A stretch of DNA of 64,000 bases, from contig NC_043003.1 in assembly GCF_006345805.1 (NCBI RefSeq), forward strand, positions 10,416,001 through 10,480,000, written 5' to 3'. Within the stretch, counting starts at the first letter, position 1; each line of letters begins with the position of its first letter. The position numbers were made by a program, and so were the translations under genes. The notes below the pieces were generated by a model. The model made no database searches. It saw nothing but the letters and a program-made list of their open reading frames with translations, and had not been told where the DNA came from. Positions 59,918 through 64,000 of the stretch are shown here, one piece after another. The stretch comes from Octopus sinensis (lineage: Eukaryota).

Positions 59918-62900
59918 TATTTTATTACTACCCACAAGGGGCGAACATAGAGGGGACAATACAATCTGATGTGGGGTCAGACACGAATGGGTTTTTACAA
60001 TAAAGCGAATTAAAAAATTAACATGAAATTACAAAATAGACACAAAATCGAATGATGTAACAGACCGGAAGACATTACAGGTGGAGTGGGTGCGGGTTTA
60101 GCTCGGACCCCACGAGCCCCGCCTCCCCACTGATACTTTTGGTTGCGCTTGTTATTACATTTATGTTGTATCTTTCACTCGCAACTTTCGTGCTACATCT
60201 TTCCATCGTTCTTCATACACTCTCCTAGTCAGGCATATTCTCTCCAGCCCTATCTTCCTTTTCAGGTGAAAGATGAAATAATTCATCAAACCAGGGCCGG
60301 AGATGAACTTGCCTGACTGTAAACCTTTCATTCTCGTCTTCCATATCACCTCTTTCGCAATTGCTACTACAACGAGAAAACGAAACTTACCTTCATTCAC
60401 GAGGAAATCCGGTGGGTCAATTTTTGTAATCGACTCAGTCGACAGCTGTACTCTTCGTGTACCTGACAACAGCTGTTCGGCATAAACCCACACCTCAGAC
60501 ACGTCCGGACAATGAACAATAGCGTGCGGGACGGTTTCCCTATCCCGCCCGCATCTTGGACATATCGGACTGCCTTGGCCACCGTGCCTTGCGAGTTTAT
60601 CCCGAACAGGTAGAGCTCCTCTGTAGCATTGCCATGCCAGAGACTTCTGGAAGTTGTCCAGTGTCCTCGGCTTGAACGTACGTCGGAACAGACTGGCCAG
60701 CTGATTATCGTCGAGACCCAGGGTTTCCCCCAAGGCATCTTCACATTCCGCCTCTACCAACCCTCTATAGAAGAATGTGGTGGAACCCCCACCGCAGGCG
60801 TTGCCCGAGCGACGGAACAGCAGGAGAGCCTTGCGACACTCCGTGTACCAAGTACCAAGTTTCGATCTACGATTCAGCCAGGTTTCCCATCCACCGAAAC
60901 TAGTGAACTTGGGAAACATCAGTTTTGCTAACGAAGACCACACCCGTTCACCATCCAGGTAGAGCCACAGATGTCTTAACCTCAGCGCATGTCTGCGCAT
61001 CATCAGCCAAGGCATCCCTAGCCCACCCTTTAACGGTTGTTGACAGCAAGTAGAGCGTTTCACTAGTGGTTTCCCGCCCTTCCACAAGAAGTAGAAGAGC
61101 TGTCTTTCCAACTTGATCAACCACGAATCAGGGCAAGGAACGACGGAAAGGCGGTAGGTGATAACCGATGCGATAAACACATTGCCTACCTCCGCCCTCC
61201 CTTTCAGGGATAGACACCGCCAAGACCAGGTCTTGGCTACTGCAGCCACCATGCTCGTTATCTCGCCCCAATTCTTCTCTATTTGGAGGTCTGGACCGAA
61301 CCAGACCCCTAGCAGTTTAATCGGACCCTCCGTCCAACGTCCCACGACGCTGTGAGGAGGCATCGACTTGCCTCTCCAGGTGCCGAGTTGGAAGCCGACC
61401 GACTTTTCGCGATTAACTTTTGCTCCTGTCACCGTCTCGTAAACCTCTATGGCCTTGCCTACTTTACATAGGTGGTCCATTTCGGTTACGATGATGGTGA
61501 TGTCATCCGCGTACGCTGACACTGATTTTCCATTACCTGGCTGTCTCGGGATGCCGCTCAGTTTTCGCAGTAATGGCTCAAGAGCCATCACGTACAAAAG
61601 CGGGGAGGGCGGACACCCTTGACGAACCGAGCGTTTGATTTTGAACGGCTTCGACAAGAAGCCGTTCACCCGAACTACCGAGTCGATGTTATCATAAATT
61701 TGGATAATCCACCTGAGGAAGCCAAGGCTCAGCCCGAACTGTGCCAGGGCAGATACCAGGTAACGATGGTCGACCCTATCAAAAGCTTTAGATTGGTCTA
61801 AATGGACCAGTGCCCCACCCTTGCCAGAATCACTATTAACCCCTCTATAGTGTACCGCATTAGATGGAGATTATCCTGAATGGATCTGCCCGGAACGGCA
61901 CATGTCTGTGCCTCTCCGATCAGACCATCCGCGACACGCGCCAATCTTTTCGATAACACTTTGGCCAAAATCTTCAACTCTGTGTTTAGCAGAGTGATGG
62001 GCCTTAAATTATCAATGCACTCCCCCTTGCTCGGGTCCTTTCTGACGAGAGTCACCACTCCCCGGCGCACAGATCTGGGTATAAGCCCGTTCTGCTGCCA
62101 GTTCGCATAGACCTCCGCCAGTAAGTGCCCGAACAAGTCTGGCATACTCTTATATAACTCATAGGGTAGACCATCCAAACCCGGCGCCTTGCCCGCGCCG
62201 CAGTCCGCCATTGCCTCAACCACCTCCCCAGGCGTGATTGGCCCTTCACAGCCCTCCGCATCTCGCCCCGATAAGCGCGGCAGCCCGTCGAGTAGGTCCG
62301 TAAAGGCCCTCCTCCTATCCAGTCCGCCGCACTCACCGAAAAGCTGAGCGAAGTGCTCCTGAAAGGCCTCACACATCTCCTCGGGTTCGTTTATCAACTC
62401 ACCTTGTTGGTTCGTCAAAGGTCGAATCGTGGCATCGTTACCATGCTGAGCTTCCACCACTCGGGCCCATCTCACGGTGTTGATTCCTTCACATCCCATA
62501 TGGCGGATTCTAGCCCTGACAATGCAGCCCATGTGTTTGGCCTCGAGGTGCTGGTTTAACACCAGTCTCTTGGACGCCACCTGAGCCGCAGAGCCAGTTT
62601 TCATGGCTTCCTCTAATTCCTTAACTAGAGTATTTTCCCTTCTAGCCTCTCTAGCCACTACTCCTATGCTATATCTAATAGACTCAAACTTGATGGCTCG
62701 TTTGAGGGCGTACCACCATTTGTTATTAATGATGGTACCAGATAGTGCCCTCTGAATTATATTCCTAATCCGGTCTTTGTACTCCTTAATCGCCAAAACG
62801 GACGTATTAAGTTTCCAGTAACCGGATCCTCTATTTTTAACCTTATCTATGTCAAGCTTACAAGTGACCATTTTATGATCACTGTAGCTGATCGGGTAAA

Positions 62901-64000
62901 ACTGTGGACACTTAGCTATTTTACTGTCTACTTTTCTAATTAGTATTCTATCTAAATATGACCTGGAAGATCCGTCGCTGTTTGACCATGTCCACAATGG
63001 AGCTTTCGGAAATTCCAGCCTATAAGGATCTGCTAGCTCAAAGCGGCTTAGCAGTTCCATGAAGCCACTGTTACCTTTCCTATCTGGACGCGAGCCAACA
63101 TAATCTACATCCGCTTTGCAAATTGTGTTAAAGTCTCCTAGCACCACTAATGAATGCGAAGTACCAAGAAAGTTTTCTAGTTCACGAAAATAATCACTTT
63201 GCCTTGTACTGTTGGGTGCGTAAATTGCAACCAGTCTGATAACTTTACCGTTACTGAACGTCAAATCCATGACGACCAGCCTACCTTCTGGATCTGCAAA
63301 AATTAACTTTTTCTCAGAAACCCGGTTTCTTTTTAATAGGACCAACACCCCACTCCCGCCGGTAGGACTGGCCGGAGAGAAAAAACTCTCGTAGCCGTCA
63401 AACAGCGGGAGTAGACCTCTTGGCCCCTCTAACCGGGTTTCTGTAGCAACAATAACATCTAAATTACGCGACCTGATATCATGCAGGAAGCGACCTTGCT
63501 TCCCGCTTGAACCCCGGCCGCGCACATTCAAACAACCAACATAAATGTAATCCATTACTTACCCCTATATCAGTGGTTCGACTTGTTCGACTTGTTTTTC
63601 GTCGTCTTCACTTTTATTTTTTTCCTTGGCTCGTGGGGGAGTCCGACGCAGGCCCTCGTATAGATATGGAGACATGTCCAATCTCAGAGGGCCCACGTCG
63701 TGGAAGAATTCGGATTTTATCCGTCTGTAATCCTTCCGGCCTATTTTATAAACAATGCAGTCTTTTGTTTTTCTCACTCTTTCCACTTTGGCCATGGCTG
63801 CCAAAACATTACCTAGTCTGTTATTGGTGGCCTTAATGGCCATAAATGAATTAGTTGCTTCCTTTCTCTTCTTCTGGTTCTCTTCCTGAGGGGTGGTTTC
63901 TGTTTTCCGTTTTTTTTTGGTAACTTTTGACCACCCCTCCTCTTTTTCCTTTTCTACGCCACTTGTTGTTTCTACTACCTCTTTGGTTTCATGTGTTTTT
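59918..64000 (-). mobile_element. U28: Tx1 LINE with nearly intact ORF2 (60161-63555); ORF1 C-terminus 63565-64000 runs off the right edge
   Basis: 585-aa EN-RT frame and 502-aa RT-zinc finger frame joined by one apparent 1-bp deletion near 61840. Confidence 0.92.

Noticed and set aside
22448-64000. Telomeric HeT-A/TART-type array
   Set aside because: The architecture is analogous, but there are no TTAGGG-type repeats and chromosome position is unknown; the flank is a SINE head. Kept only as an analogy

Overview
Eukaryotic, gene-free, transposon-packed window. The SINE families and TA/TG microsatellites point to a coleoid cephalopod, probably Octopus (recalled from memory, not searched). About 28 non-LTR retrotransposon units or fragments all lie on the minus strand. 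They fall into three groups: (i) Tx1/L1-clade LINEs with ORF1 (two RRM-like domains + CCHC knuckle) and ORF2 (APE endonuclease + RT + C-terminal zinc finger), at 1-5005 and 48975-64000; (ii) many ORF1-only units that run straight from ORF1 into a LINE-like 3' tail; (iii) one RTE 3' fragment. One young but defective Ty3/Gypsy element (near-identical LTRs, TAAAC TSD) sits on the plus strand at 6512-10241. The main result is a ~25 kb head-to-tail array of ORF1-only elements at 22448-47414. Almost every AATAAA-ended unit there abuts the same ~15-bp motif (minus strand AAGTAGCTYGCTWACC, 14 copies). The last copy continues into the 5' head of a tRNA-derived SINE, so the motif looks like a repeatedly duplicated target site of a SINE-targeting, gag-only Tx1 system. 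Unit labels U1-U28 are mine, numbered left to right; boundaries were set by eye and are approximate.
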